Counted from the first letter of the whole stretch, positions 1-13,328 are shown. The stretch is 60,899 nt of DNA, filler included, from Sphacelaria rigidula (GCA_964200075.2; 5 parts of 5 records of this genome joined end to end with filler, not necessarily neighbours in it); one strand, 5' to 3'. Numbers and translations: made by a program. Notes: generated by a model from the letters alone, not told the origin.

Positions 1-1766
1 ATACGTATCGTGTCATTTTCGGAATATCGACAAAAATGTCGATATCGGCGGTTGTGATTCGATATTCTAAAAATATTTGTCGAACTTTATTCTCGGTCCG
101 ATATGCAACACTGGTATCCGCAGGATTAGATAAAGACCGATGGTTTTATCCAAAACATTTTTCAGGTGCAGGTACTAACTGTCTGTACTAAAATTCGGGT
201 ATTGTGCACATCAGGTACCGTACATATGTATCAAGCAGTATGAGGGGCCGTGGAGAGCTTTCAACAGGATGTGGCAACCGCCGACCGCCACTTGGGGCCT
301 TGGATATTGTTCCCATCACCTTGCCACCCAGCCCTTTGTGGTCTGGGTTGGCCGCGATTTCCCTCTTTGTTGCAAGCGGCAAATTCTCTTTGAACGGCAT
401 GGACCTTGCGCCACAGATACAGTACAGTGCAGCACGCCTGTCCGAATGCAGCAGCACCCGTCGCTGCATACTCCCTCACATGTTCTGGGCAGTTCTCCGC
501 GACGGAAAGCAGCTTCCTATACGCAGCTTCTTCGTTCCCGTCGATTACATACGACCTCACCGCCCCTTGTACTGCTTCGATAGAGGGATACGCAGAACTC
601 ATGCCTTTAGCTCCGTCTCTCGTCCCACAGCGTTGCCAGATTCAGTCGCCCTGTGAACATGACCACATATATAGTGGGGTACATTTATTCCCGAGTTTCC
701 CCCTAGCACTGTGTGTTAGTGTTATCAACTAGGGTTTACTATGGGATGGTGACCCAAAAACAAATCGGGGGAATGCAGGTCGGGCCTACATAAAATGCAA
801 GTAAATGATGAAAAAATCGGGAATTCGAGCCCCGACAACTTGGGGTGTCTTTTGCTTCGAAGGCTTTCTCGTAGGCCAGGGGCAGGGTACATTAACTTTG
901 CAGTGACATCACTCCTGGCGACAGCCCCCCTCCACTGGTCGTTCGGATGTTGTCGATAAATTTCGTCTCGCCGTGATTGGGCAGGTCGCTCCCAGATTTG
1001 TTTATCATTTAACTGATACATGGTGAACCCCTTGGTTAGTGGTTTTCAGTCACATTTCGACCTCGTTATTACTCTTTCGGGTATGTGCGCGGAATTTCAT
1101 GTCAAGACTCGAACTCTTACCCTGGGCAAACACAATGAAACAAGAGCGAGCAGGCTTTATCTCGGATCAATTTGATTGAATTGAAGCGGTTTCACGCACC
1201 AAAATGTTGAAGGTGACCTCTCGGCGTCCGGGGGTTGAAAGCAGGAACAGCTCCGCGTTGGTGGCGGTGTAATGGGGCGTTGTGGTAAAAAAATTGGTTC
1301 AACAATCCCACGGTTCGGACAAATCAAATCGTGATTCAGCTCGTGTTCATCGTTCGAACGAATAAGTCATACGATTCGTACATCATTTATGATTTGTATA
1401 TGTTTTCAGGTCGTGATTCGTACGACACAAATATCCATGCGAGTGCATTGTACACAGCAAGTGAGGATGTTCTCGCAAGTATGAGATTTGTCAAAACGCC
1501 ATAACTTGACACCCACGGTGGGTTCAAGAGAATGGTCGGGTTTCATGGAGAGCTCTGAACGAGAGGAGCAGCCTCTATTATCACACCGGTGCTTGGTTCT
1601 CGAAAATACTGGCGTCGTGCGCCCTTTTCGGGCTGGTTGGTGCTGACGCGCACCATCACATCTCTTGATGTAAATCACCGTTCCTTGCGCCTTCATATCA
1701 TTTGCACGCAGAATGAACAACGCTTGAAATATGTAGCATGACTTCATAGCTACAACGAGCTGGGCG

Positions 1767-2013
1767 TGTAGAGTTCTGATCTTAAGACCAAACAGCTACC
1801 TGAACTCTTTCCATTCCAGGGCACGTTGGCTGTACCAGCTGTAGTTATTCGTACATTGATCTTAGCCGCTCATTACACTGGAGAGCAACACAACACCCAG
1901 CTATTCTCCAACAGAGTAAAGACTAACCTCATCTACCATTTGGGTAAAACACTCAGTCCACCGATCAGACCCGTAGACCGCAACCGAGGCAACAATGATG
2001 GCCAGAGTCTACA
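1767..2013 (-). repeat. 3' LTR
   Basis: Starts tgtagagttct, ends agagtctaca. Shares blocks cgctcattacactgga and cagtccaccgatca with 5585-5885. Confidence 0.8.
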
Positions 2014-5000
2014 GCACCCCCAAATCTCGCTCAACAAGTAGTCGCAGAAGAGCTTTACAAACTCAGACATTATTGTTGCCTAGTAATACCGTCGTTTTCC
2101 ACATAGAATGACAATCCCTGCCGGTGTTTCTGATAGCAGCACCATACAATCTTGTCCAATTTCCGAACAACGCGTAAGAGATCCCAAGAAATCGTCCATC
2201 ACGAACACGCAAATCACGCTACTTGCACCACTCCGAGTCATGTAGGGATATGTAATGTCAAGTTCACAAATCCTTTCCCGAAAGAAGTATCTTCACTCCA
2301 CATCGGCAAACAAAACCTCAAAGGCCAGTGAAGGTCAAATTCGAAAGCATTCGTGATAATTCGTCGTTCTCATTCGAGATAAGGTGCCTTCCATCGTGTA
2401 ACATGCATTTTTTTGCACGTTCGACACTCGCGCAAGAGTGCAACAGCCAAACGATACATCATCCTCGCGCCAAGATGAAATGAGTGTCCAAAACGTCTAA
2501 AGCGCACCTGGCTTCTTGCTTGTTCAATTCCGTAAAAACGTATGCATCTCACACCTCTCCTACGTGAACGCTTCACAGCGTCATCTCGCCAATCAACTCA
2601 TGAAGATGGTGAAAAGCAAGCCATGTCTCATTCCGCTGTTGAAGCCATGCGTACCAATCGAACAGAGGCATACAGACCTCCACCTCCGCCATCATTGATC
2701 ACCCGTGGTGATTTCATTTCGAACTTGAGTTATCGAGTATAGTCGAGAAAACTTTCGATATATCTGACTTGGATTCTGGACCGTTATACGCCATCCGTTC
2801 CTCAACCGATGTATACTGTAATATGGTTCATGTCGCAACAGACTTGCAGCGTACCTGTACCGCTCCCTTCAGACTATTGGACATGCCGTCCACATGCTCC
2901 TTCTAGAGAGAAGCCAACCATTATCCATGTGTTCGTCCAAACACGTAACAGCTCATCAAAAGACGTGTCGCGGTCGAGATCACTCATGCATGCGCGCACC
3001 GTTTCTAATCTTCAACCACTTCAATCACTCGCGTTACACCTGCTCAAAGACGAGCCTACAAATACGAGCCTACGCATTTCGTAATTTTCGCTCGTTTTCA
3101 CGCCAGCAGCAGCAATTACTATCTCCTACAGTTGGTACCCGCAATCCGCACAAGGAAATTTCACTGTGTTCTGAGTAAACAGGAACATGGATCTTCACCT
3201 CATCCACCATACTGCAGTATCTTGAGAGCTACCTCACCCTGACTCTTCAGCAGACACCGTGCACATCAAAAGTATGCGATCAAACAATCCACACGTTACC
3301 TAGCAAATGCAATGCGATTGAACTTGCTAAACTGCCATGCTTCCTGGGCGAACAGCGGCGCAAACATGACTACAAACTACACCACAACAAGCTACAATCG
3401 TCCACGTCCACGAAACGATCAAATAATACCACTGATGATATGTTTCCACGCTCTCAACAAGCACTCGATCACATCAGCACTTGATCCTCAACATCCCCCA
3501 ACTCGGCACTTACCACAACAGCAAGCACCTGAGGTAATGCCTTCCATGTAGTCCTCCAGCCAGCTCCTGAGAAATAGCAGCACTCGAACCGCAACCTTGT
3601 GCGCATCATAGAGCAGCGTTCCTTGTCGAACACTCGCTTCTCGCACCGTCAGTCCAGCCAAAGCTTGCACCCCTCCCTGTGTCCGTCAGCGCGCCGCCAT
3701 ACGGTATGTTTGCACCGCCAAACCAATGCAACCAATCCTGTGCTCCACTAATACTTGCGCATTGCTGAGCACTTGTTCTTCAGTTGGTTTTATAGAGGAA
3801 ACGAGAGGCAAAGCTGGAACGGCCATGCAGTCCCGCACAGCAACACCTACCGATGGCGTTACACCATCCTCGTGAACCACTTGACGGTACAACCGCAGAA
3901 ACATTTCAAATCATCGCCGCCAAACACGCCAAACCTGACCATGTAAACAGCAATGCCTACGGCCACTCCAACACCCCCCAACGCTCGACGCCGTGTAGGA
4001 ATCGTGATTACTGACAGCATTACAAGCCTGGAGCTCGCTCTGCCTACCCTCTTCAAGAGGTCACTTTCCCCTGCTGCTTCGACCATGTACGGCTTCTCCT
4101 CAGCTGGTTCGGCAGCAACTCCGCCAACCCGGCATCTACCTCTCCTCCAAGTAGACACTCCTACGAATCAACTTGACGATCTCCAGCCCCATCACTGGCG
4201 CAGATGGATTCGCCATGAGCGTGGTGAGCCCCATGCTCGCTCTGCTCGCTCGCATTACGCAGATAACACACCTATGCAGCGTTGAGCATGCAAGGCTTGT
4301 CCTCAGCTACACGCTGGTGCGGTGGCAACAAGCAACTGGAACCTTCGCCTCCCAGCGCTTGCTCATCGGTACATGCAGGCTCCGCCCTTTCAACGTCAGC
4401 AGTAGCAGCAGCAGCAGGATCAACCATACTCGCTTCAGCCGTCACCTCCTGCCCGGCTCGCTCCTTGACGGCAACAGCGGCAGCTATACCGCCTCTAGCG
4501 CTCTCGCGCCTGTCGCCTTGGACTGACATGTAGTGTGTTGCATATTTTCCCGCTTCAAAAGCAGTTCCAGCGACAGCCCCGCGTCTTTGCTTTGGATGCG
4601 GGCGCGGCGTGCGCTTCCGAGGACGACCAACATCTCGACCACCAATATATGCGGTCCCATCACCGTGCACCGCACCGTAAGACCCATGCTTGCGCAATGC
4701 GAACAGCAGTTGCCCGTGCCCAACATCATGAGCAGGATTCAGGAACATGTTATAGAGCACGATATGTGTGGGTATGAGGTCAGAAACCGTTGGCACCTCA
4801 AGAATGTCCAGCGTGGCTCACGCGCGTTCACTTAGCCCACCTCATTAATATAGTCCTCATACTGCCGCAAAAACTCGGTAGGTTTCTGACAAAAGAACGT
4901 GCGGCCATAGTATGGCATATCCAGAACCCGTACATGGACAGCACGACGCATCTATGATACCATATTGTTGCGACGCACGGACACACGATCATCCACTGCG

Positions 5001-5584
5001 ACGGATGGCTGCACCTCATCAATTTGGACCGTCGAACAGGCTTTGCCGCTGCACCCACGCGTCTCATCAAGCGCCGAGCCACCACAACATGCGTACATAA
5101 TATGCAGTCAGTAATGCACCAATCCGACAGCGTAAAAAAAAAGCGGGGTTGCCTCTCAATCACAGGAACAACAACTCTTCCCATACACCAAGACGCACTA
5201 TGCCACCATACAACGACGATAGTGCTTCTTCCTCGCGTAGCTCTCACCATGTCTTCAAGTCCTTAGACTCCTTTTCTTGAGCGCAGCTGGCCAACCTTGG
5301 AGCAGTCCTCTCGCGATCCTATTGACCCGGGCAAGCAATGATTGAGCCGCGTTTCGACAAGATTACGGGCATGCTAGCTGTTGATCAACCCCCCTGCGCC
5401 TCACGTACGAGCGATACCACAGCCCGTCGTCGCACTACCTCAAAACCTCCATGGCTCTGCTCCTACCAGCCCCTCTCGACGTAGACACTCCTCGAGTTGG
5501 TCTTTTTTGCTGCAAACTGATCAGGCCTGCGGACTTCCCTGCTCTGGACATGTCAGCCGTTCCGCGGACCCAATAAACGTTTAT

Positions 5585-5885
5585 TGTAGAGTTCTACTTT
5601 CAAGACCGGACATCTACCGAAACTATTCCCATTCTAGGGCACGTAGACTACAACAACTGTAGCTTTTCATACATTGACCTTGGGCGCTCATTACACTGGA
5701 TATTGCAACATCCCAGCTTCTCTCCCACAGAGTGAAAGCCAACCCTTACTTACCATCGGAGTGAAACACTCACAGTCCACCGATCATACCCGCGATCCAT
5801 CTACCGGCTGTAAACACACCTCGTACGCATTGTTCCGCCTCAACTCTTGCACGTAACCTAAGTAACAAGAGTGCCAGAGTCTACA
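5585..5885 (-). repeat. 5' LTR
   Basis: Starts tgtagagttct, ends agagtctaca. Colinear with 1767-2013 plus an extra internal segment. Confidence 0.8.
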
Positions 5886-6344
5886 CGCCTGAAATGTCAG
5901 TTTCATGAAAATCACTACTATAGTCAGGAACACAACTTGGTTACACGGCGTCAGCTCTAGACTTTGAAAGCCCCCCGTGTCGTTGTTGAAATCATGTCCG
6001 CCAAAGCACGCCTCGGACGACTTGCACGCCATCACATGAGGTATCACCCGTAGTAAAATTTGGCACTGTGCCTGTCTACTAGCACCTCCTAGAACCAGAC
6101 TCGAGCTCTAGTACAGGTCAAGATCCAAGATTCGAAGGAAGAGCCCTGCACGAAATATCACACCGTTTCCGAAGGGAGCAGTTGGAATTTCATGGTGCCA
6201 TCTTGTGGTACTCGTGAGTGTGGTGGTTTATACCAGTGTCGCGTTGTGAGGATGGAGGTGTCTTGGATCTCAGGCGCGATTCCATCCATCAGGCCACCTG
6301 TGATAAAATATTAATGCGCAAATTTGTACGTGGGAATTTTGCAG

Positions 6345-6488
6345 GTGGCGAACGAAATTTGGGAGCGGTTAGGGAATATCGGGTGGAGTGTGGTGGAGCT
6401 TATCCATAGCGAGACCCATCGAACTCCTTGCGATTTGGTCGCTGAGATTGCGAGTGCGGATGTGCTGCTAACGACACATGGTTTCCAG
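6345..6488 (+). CDS. GT61-family (EOGT/POMGNT2/DUF563-like) glycosyltransferase, internal exon
   Basis: ttttgcag| 144 nt |gtgagg, phase 0. VANEIWERLGNIGWSVVELIHSETHRTPCDLVAEIASADVLLTTHGFQ matches the GT61 'ADVL...HG' motif. Confidence 0.8.
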
Positions 6489-6629
6489 GTGAGGTTTGTC
6501 ATAGAGTACACTACAAGCTGTTTAAGATTGAATACCCATTTTTTCTCCCCGGTTGATGACGAACGCAATACCCAGCCAATATGCACAAATGTGGTATCAT
6601 ACTGACCGCAATGAACAGACGAAAAGGGT

Positions 6630-7630
6630 TACATGGCCGGATTTTCGTTCGAGGCTATAGCGGTGGCGCTATGGACAAAAATATGTCTCGACCTATCAGC
6701 GCCTTTAAAATTGTTCCGACATTGAACACACGAATTCCAAGTCCAATTTCCACCGAATCTCCACATGGTTCGAATCGTTGTAACCGTCATCAGCTTGGGA
6801 ATCTAACGGCAGAAACAGATTTGAAAACGGTTCCAACGGGGTCGAACTTTGCCCAAAACCGTAATGTTCGGTGACGTGGAGCTTTGGCGTCGTCTAAATC
6901 CACTCGTGATAGGTTCACAAGACCCACGGAGCCTCGAGACGATACCCCAGTTATCTGTTGAAGAAAAGCTCAGATCATCCTCAAACTTGGCAGTTCCGTA
7001 GGTATTGATTCTCCAAATGGAAAAATTACATTCTTGACAAGATTTCAAAGTTTCTCCGTTCTCTCCCGGCTTCCGGGGGTCCCAGCATAAAGACCCCAGG
7101 AAACCGGTACATGATGCCCCAACACCGAAATTGGGACATTTCAGGGTTAGGTGGTATCCCGAGGGACATGTGTACCAATTTTCGTTGCTCAACTCGAAAA
7201 AGTGAGTCGGCTGGGTCTTCTACCATAAAAATAACTCCCCAAAAGGGCGATTCTGTACTTTAATCAAGTAGTTATAGACTTTTTTATACTTCAGCGCACG
7301 TTTTAGCATTTCCTCACGCCGGTTTTTCGAGTTAGACCACGAAAATTTGCGCACATGTTCTGGAGAGTACTATCAAAAACTCGAAGACCGTTTTTTATTT
7401 TTTCGTTGGTTACTTTTCATCCGAGGTCGCGGTTGACCTACTTGACCGGAGGAGGGGTCAGGTCCCGACTATCTCGACACCAACAGAAAAAAAATGAAAA
7501 ACCCCGGTCTTCGATTTTTAGATAATGCCCTCAAGAACATTTGTGCAAATTTTCGTGGTCTAACTCGAAAAAACGGCGTGAGGAAATCCCGGGGAATTGA
7601 TTTTGGGCGTTCAATCTGAACCAGCTCGTA
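6630..7630 (+). mobile_element. Non-autonomous DNA-transposon-like repeat, copy 1 (GT61 intron)
   Basis: Diverged reverse-complement match to 9350-10247 (e.g. aatctccacatggttcgaatcg..ccgtcatcagct vs the reverse complement of agctgatggcggtcactacgatttgaagcatatggagatt). Ends approximate. Confidence 0.6.
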
Positions 7631-7948
7631 GACACTGGACAATATGCGTTTTTTGTCGGAAGCAATTGGCGTTACTTGGCGTGCGTAACTGGTTGCAGCC
7701 GATTTATCTGTGCTTCAGATTGGCATATGTGCATCTTGATTCATTTCTTGTTCCGATTGGGCTATGAAACGACTCTGTCGTTTCTCCCCAAAAGTTGAAC
7801 TGGGTCGTGGTGACGTGAAATCGGTAGCATCGTAGCACCTCTACATCAGAGCGCAGGGTTTTTGTTGTACGTGACACGGTGCGATCACATCAAGGCGACA
7901 GGCTTTTCATTTCAACACACGGGGTATCAACTCCGCCTGGTTTTGGGA

Positions 7949-9098
7949 CGAGCTGGGCCAGCCCAAGAGCGGGTTTAACGCTCTCACAGCCACACTTCAT
8001 CGACACAGACGTATTAGGCCGTGATCCGCACCTCTTTTCGGTTTTTCATCAAGGGCAAGGTACTCATCTGCTCAGAAGCCTCGGTCAATTTTTTCTAGTT
8101 GATGAAACGCCACGTCGAGTAGTTCCTCTGCCGTACGCGGAGATGGGGTCCATACTAGGTTACACAAAACCCCGAACGATTGTACAGCGGATGATGACGA
8201 TTCTCATGTGAATATTTCGTGGAGCACGAGGAAACGATCGATACCCTTACGTTCACCTAATTGATCATTTATTTAAAAATATGGTCCACATAATATTCTA
8301 TACTAAACCCAATATGTTACGAGCAGAGACACTGAATAAACGAAGTCTGGATTTCGCATCTCAGTGTTGAGAGTCGTGCTTTGAATTTTGGTGTGAAATC
8401 TCAAGGAAGAAATACAAATCAAACGCTGAGGAGCTTGGGAATTGTTTTTCACGAGTTAAGGACATTTTTGTGAAGAACGGACATAGTTTTTGGCCCTTGA
8501 CTCGGTGTCTAACCTAATTTTCAGATGCGTGATGTGAAGTTGAGTATGAAGAATTGCAAGGGCATACATACTGCTAACAGCACGTGGGTCTTCGTTTTTT
8601 TTTTTCGTGAGTTGAGGACGTTCTCGTGAAAAAACGGTCCTTTATGCACTGAAACGTAATCGAATCATGAAAAAATTATGGTGTCCCATTATTTTTTTTC
8701 ATGTACTAGTTATTCTCCACACCAAAATTCGAAGAACAAGCACCAAGACTGGACTGATGAAGGGTCTGCATAATACTGTTGCGAATTGCGATCGGCCCAG
8801 GTTCTGAATCGCCCATCCTCACCTCAATTTCATAATCGGATTTTCAAATTTGGTGTGGAGAATCGCCAGGGCATAATTAGTCAAGAAAGTTTTGGGCGTT
8901 GATTTTTTTTCTCATGACTTGAGGATGTTTTATTGAAAATAGAAAATTGTTTTTTGCCCTTCTCTCATGAGGTGAGGAAAAAGTGATGCCCTAAGATTGA
9001 TCGCGATTCTCCACACCAAGTTTGACAGTCCATCTCTCAAAGGTTCGGTGAGAATGGGCCTGTAACCTACAGATCCGCTCCTAGGCTGGCCCAGCTCG
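7949..9098. mobile_element. MITE with CGAGCTGGGCCAG terminal inverted repeats (TA-flanked family), copy A
   Basis: cgagctgggccagccc at 7949; ggctggcccagctcg|ta ending at 9098. Confidence 0.75.
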
Positions 9099-9349
9099 TA
9101 GCTAGTGTGTACTGTCACCCATTCACCGACTGTGGTTGTGTTGGACAACCCAAATGCCATACTCTTCGTGTCTCGAGAATTCTCCGTCCTTCCGGATATT
9201 GCTACCCGGGCGTCATGGACGCGACAGGAAGTTGTCACATGGCCTGTTCATTACATCTGCGGAGATATTCGTTCCATACTTCATTTTCGATCCAGAAGTT
9301 TACCCTTTCGGAGAAATTTAGCGCACTACCTCAAAATCTATTTGGTGTG

Positions 9350-10247
9350 TGTACAGGCTGTTTCACGCCCATCAACTTATAAACAGTGATCCACAAAACT
9401 TCACGCCATTTTTAGGAACTAGACCCTGAAATTTTGCACAATTTTGCTACAGGTCATTATGCGAATTTCGAATATTGAGGTTTTCTTTATACTTTTTCTA
9501 CCGTTTTTCGGGGATCCCAGGGTCTTGGGGGGAACGTAGATCCCGTCGCACCCCTGAAAAACGGTGAAAAAATTGACACGTAGGGAGTACCTTGTTCATC
9601 GGAAGTTGCGTAGTGATTCGTAGCACGTTTGTGCAAAGGGTTGAGGTCTAACCCCGAGAAACGGCGTGAAGTTTTGCGCGTTTGTGCGATGTGAGCTTGA
9701 AACGTGCAAACTCTCAGCTACTTGGTTTTAGTATGAACAATTTTGTTTTTTTGGTGAATGCAACGTCAAGTTTCTCAACCACACATTGTACATATGGTTA
9801 TTTGACTACCCCGGGGCGTATCATTTTTTTTGTTTGTTCAGGAATTCCGTATCGCCTTCGGGAGGTCTCCACACTTGAACCCCCGAAAGTCGGTAGAGAA
9901 CGAAGAAATTTTGAAATGTTGTCAAGAAAAATATTTTTTCAAATTAGAACATAAATACCATACCCAGGGAAGTGCCAAGTGTGAGGGCGACCTGAGCTTT
10001 CCTACAAGAGATATAAGGAAAGTCGTCACGAGGCTCTCTGGGTCTTTGATGCGTATCATGAGTGAAAAATAGACAATGAAGGCCGCCCACATCACCGAAA
10101 CATTCCGGTTTCGGATATAATTTGACCCCGTAGTAACCGTTATCCAATTTGTTTCATCCATTGAGTTCCAGAGCTGATGGCGGTCACTACGATTTGAAGC
10201 ATATGGAGATTGGATTGAAATTGGGAATTGAACTTGAGGTCATGTAC
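9350..10247 (-). mobile_element. Non-autonomous DNA-transposon-like repeat, copy 2 (inverted relative to 6630-7630)
   Basis: See 6630-7630. The paired spurious ORFs read PEAGRERRNFEILSR and PKVGRERRNFEMLSR on opposite strands. Confidence 0.6.
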
Positions 10248-10321
10248 GGCAACCGCATGCATGGGTGACTAAATGTTCTCTACCATCATGTATGCTCGTA
10301 CCGCTCCCCGCCTTCGTACAG

Positions 10322-10609
10322 TCCATGCTCGCTCTCTTCATGCGCCCGGGCACGGTGCTCTTCGAGGTGTTTCCTTACAGGTACTTCAGGGACGACTACC
10401 ACCAGCTGGCGAAAGGGTTAGGACTGCGGTATGGTTTTTCGACCAGTCGGCGTATGATCATGGCTGCCTGGCCTTGGTTTCCGAAGACGGAGACGTGCAT
10501 GCAATGGCGCTTGTGTAGGTGGTACACCGGCCGCGCAGATGTGGAGTTCCAAGACGATGATCTCGAGGTTCTCATTTCGATGATGCTCGAAGGGGGTCGG
10601 ATACGATAG
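10322..10609 (+). CDS. GT61-family glycosyltransferase, terminal exon
   Basis: cttcgtacag| then SMLALFMRPGTVLFEVFPYRYFRDDYHQLAKGLGLRY...ADVEF...*. Joins in frame with 6345-6488 to give HGFQSMLALFMRPGTVLFEVFP, close to the GT61 consensus HGAxLTNxxFMxPGxxVIEIFP. Confidence 0.85.
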   Translation, partial: SMLALFMRPGTVLFEVFPYRYFRDDYHQLAKGLGLRYGFSTSRRMIMAAWPWFPKTETCMQWRLCRWYTGRADVEFQDDDLEVLISMMLEGGRIR

Positions 10610-12101
10610 AGGACGATGGGTCGGGCAGGTAATACTTGTGGCGGATATGTGGCAACCTTGCCGATATTTATCCGGGGGTACGTTCGTTTAAGATATTTCT
10701 GTGCGTGGAAGGAGCTTCACGGCTCTGAGCAAGGAAAATAGTGAGATGTCGGGTGCGGTACGTTATTTGATGTGAAACGGAGACCGAAGTGTGAACGAGC
10801 GGTGTGTGTATGAGCATAGATATAGCAATGTTGCTGTTTTTGTTCAAAACCAGGTATGCACTCACTTTTGAGCCAGCCTGCCAGCCAGCCCGCATTTAGC
10901 GCTACATTGGTGGTGCGTGCTACTTTTGTCAGCCGTGTGTTTATACCTGTTAATTTCATTTCTGTTTTCTGGTGGTTTCAACGTTCAGAGCAAACGACTT
11001 GGTTCGTGAATTTGGGGTGTGGTTCGACGTCAGGTGTAGGTGTGTAGAGGGTGTGCATTATTGCGTTGAGCTCTTATTCGTAGGCCCGTGAGCAGCACTC
11101 TCTGGCTTCATGGGGTTATGCAACTTGTCGAGAGGAAAGAGCTTGAAATACTGTAGTGGACGAATTTTAGGGGCATTTTTTACATGTGTGAACATCCAAG
11201 GTTTTCTGTATTAAGTTTATTTCGTCGTGAGCGCTTACCCTTGTATCTACTGCTCGTCGTGCTTCCTGCAGATGGGTCGTTCATGTGTAAAGGGCTGATG
11301 CTGTTTTTTTTTCTTCCCCTTAACGAATGACTGCGACCAGAGCTATTTTGTGATGTGATCCCTTAACCTGCATATTGTTTGTCACCGGGCGGGCATGGGC
11401 GACGTTCGAATTGTTTGCAGCGATCTCTGCGTGTAGATTTTGGTATGTGCAACGTTTAAATTGTGAATCTAGCGTATTTCGAAAACTACCGTGATCTTGG
11501 TGTTCGCGAGTAGGATGGCTGACACGATGCAAAGACGCGCCACTTTCGTTCCGAATGCGGCGTGTTGTCCGGAACTAGCGACTCGCTGCTCGCTATATCT
11601 GTGACTTCTCCATGCGTCAGTGTTGGCAAGGCTGTACTGGCAGTACATGTATTATAGAAGGGGCTCCTCGGGGACTAGGGGGCATTTTTTTTACAGTCGT
11701 GTGATCATGGGGTACATCATACAGTTGGCGTGGAGTGTTGGGTGCCAGTGCGGTACTACGGTGCATGTATGCGTGTACATGAGTGCAAGTTCAAAACGTG
11801 TTCGATTACTAGAAGGCAAAAATTGTGGCTGTTTATTCTGTTGGTTGCGTGTCGTAGGAGTGATATTACACCGATGCAGGTTAGAAGCACGCGCGACCAT
11901 GTGAGTTTTGGACGAGATCGAATACAGTAGCCCTCTTTGCTCTTCCAGACTAACGGAAATATGAAGACGAAACATACCGGGTTGTACGAAAGTACGATGA
12001 CTGAGGGCGTACTTGTTTGTTTGTCACTAAACAGCCGATCATCGATGTTGAGGATGGTGCTTTTCATTGAGGATGAGAACCCGGAGGATTAAAATCTTCG
12101 T

Positions 12102-12201
12102 NNNNNNNNNNNNNNNNNNNNNNNNNNNNNNNNNNNNNNNNNNNNTTAATTAATTAANNNNNNNNNNNNNNNNNNNNNNNNNNNNNNNNNNNNNNNNNNN
12201 N
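12102..12201. other. Artificial contig linker N44-TTAATTAATTAA-N44
   Basis: Identical 100-nt pattern four times; the 12-mer gives stops in all six frames. Confidence 0.98.
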
Positions 12202-12351
12202 AATTTCGAGCAACAAATGGCCCAAAATACCCCCCCGCTATCGTAGGATGACTCTCTTGTTTTTGTTTTGTTTTGTTTTTCTTGTATCGCGTCTGTGTTA
12301 ATTTTTCGTGAGTCCGATTCTACTTCCTGATTTTCTTTTACCCTGGTACGA

Positions 12352-12438
12352 GGTGGTAGCCTATGACCACGGAAGACGTCCGAGTCAGATGCCCAGTACA
12401 GCACTGCGCAGATACCGAAACGACATATTATTGTGAAG

Positions 12439-12500
<62 letters not shown>
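12352..12500 (+). mobile_element. Non-LTR retroelement 3' end with (CAA)n tail, copy 1
   Basis: tgaccacggaag.cgtccg..tcagatgcccagtaca...gtgaagac(aac)n, also found at 26682 and 54546. Confidence 0.75.
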
Positions 12501-12501
<1 letters not shown>

Positions 12502-13328
12502 GTACCCAGTGTGACCTCCGGGCACGGCAGGCGGTCAGTAGAGTAGATCAACGGAAGCTCCAGATCGCGATGACGCACCCCTCTGCACGACGCTGGCAAC
12601 AGTTAGGCCACCACCATTTAGGTATCTTTTTCCACTCTGCATGTCAAGAAGATCTTCACAAGTGTTTAATCTCTCGTGCACTCCCCCCAACTGGCGTGTG
12701 GTCAAGCGCCCGGTTGGGGGGAGGTGAGGGAAGATCGACGATGAATAACACCCCCTAAGTTCATATTGGATCTATCTGGTTTTACCGCAGCACCGTCCTT
12801 GCGGGCATGTGTGTGACAGAGAACAGTAGTAGCGGTGACGGGGATATTGCCCTGTTTTTCAATGGCATGTTTTTTCAGCGCACAGAGGCGCGTGCTGTCC
12901 AAAAAGAGAGCCAGAGAGAGATTGATCTTCGCATCGGTGAGGAGGTGCTCAGGCAAGACGAAGAGACGAAATCTCTCCGCAGCTCGGTCTTTAGGCACAA
13001 CATGAAAACTTGGGTACATGCTGGTAACATCAATGATGCCAGTCTCTCGAGCAATTGGTAATCGCCGAGCGAGGACACACAAAGGACACGGGCAAGGAGC
13101 TTCCTCTCTGTCGTTACTCCTCTCTCTGGTGATATCGTCCTCGACACGCGTGTACACCGCATTCATTGGGTGCACCTAGCCCGAACTGCCCAACTCCTCC
13201 TGCGGAGTGTTGGGGGGGGAAGATTTTCCTTCTGTGTTACTGTTTGGTATTTTCCCAACGAAAACGATTTGCGGGTTGAACCTCATTTTTTAGCTTAACC
13301 CCAAAAATTAGGATCCGTTGTTAATAAA

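Larger units (their letters stand above)
1767..5885 (-). mobile_element. Degenerate LTR retrotransposon (probably Ty1/copia-like), no intact ORF
   Basis: Two diverged direct repeats (1767-2013, 5585-5885), each TGTAGA...TCTACA. A purine-rich tract on the - strand (GAGCGAGATTTGGGGGTGC) abuts the 1767-2013 LTR, and a PBS-like stretch lies next to the other LTR. Internal - strand frames only weakly recall copia protease/gag (e.g. VLYNMFLNPAH...LLFALRKHG...GDGTAYIGGR). Confidence 0.75.

Noticed and set aside
204..656. 150-aa + strand ORF as an upstream GT61 exon, or the 113-aa - strand ORF as a MuDR-type N-terminus
   Set aside because: No convincing splice pair or diagnostic motif for either reading.
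12146..12157. TTAATTAATTAA as a biological motif recurring every ~12.2 kb
   Set aside because: It is an assembly linker embedded in N runs.
12560..13175. Coding-like segment, possibly a hAT transposase C-terminal remnant
   Set aside because: The resemblance is too weak to support without a profile search.
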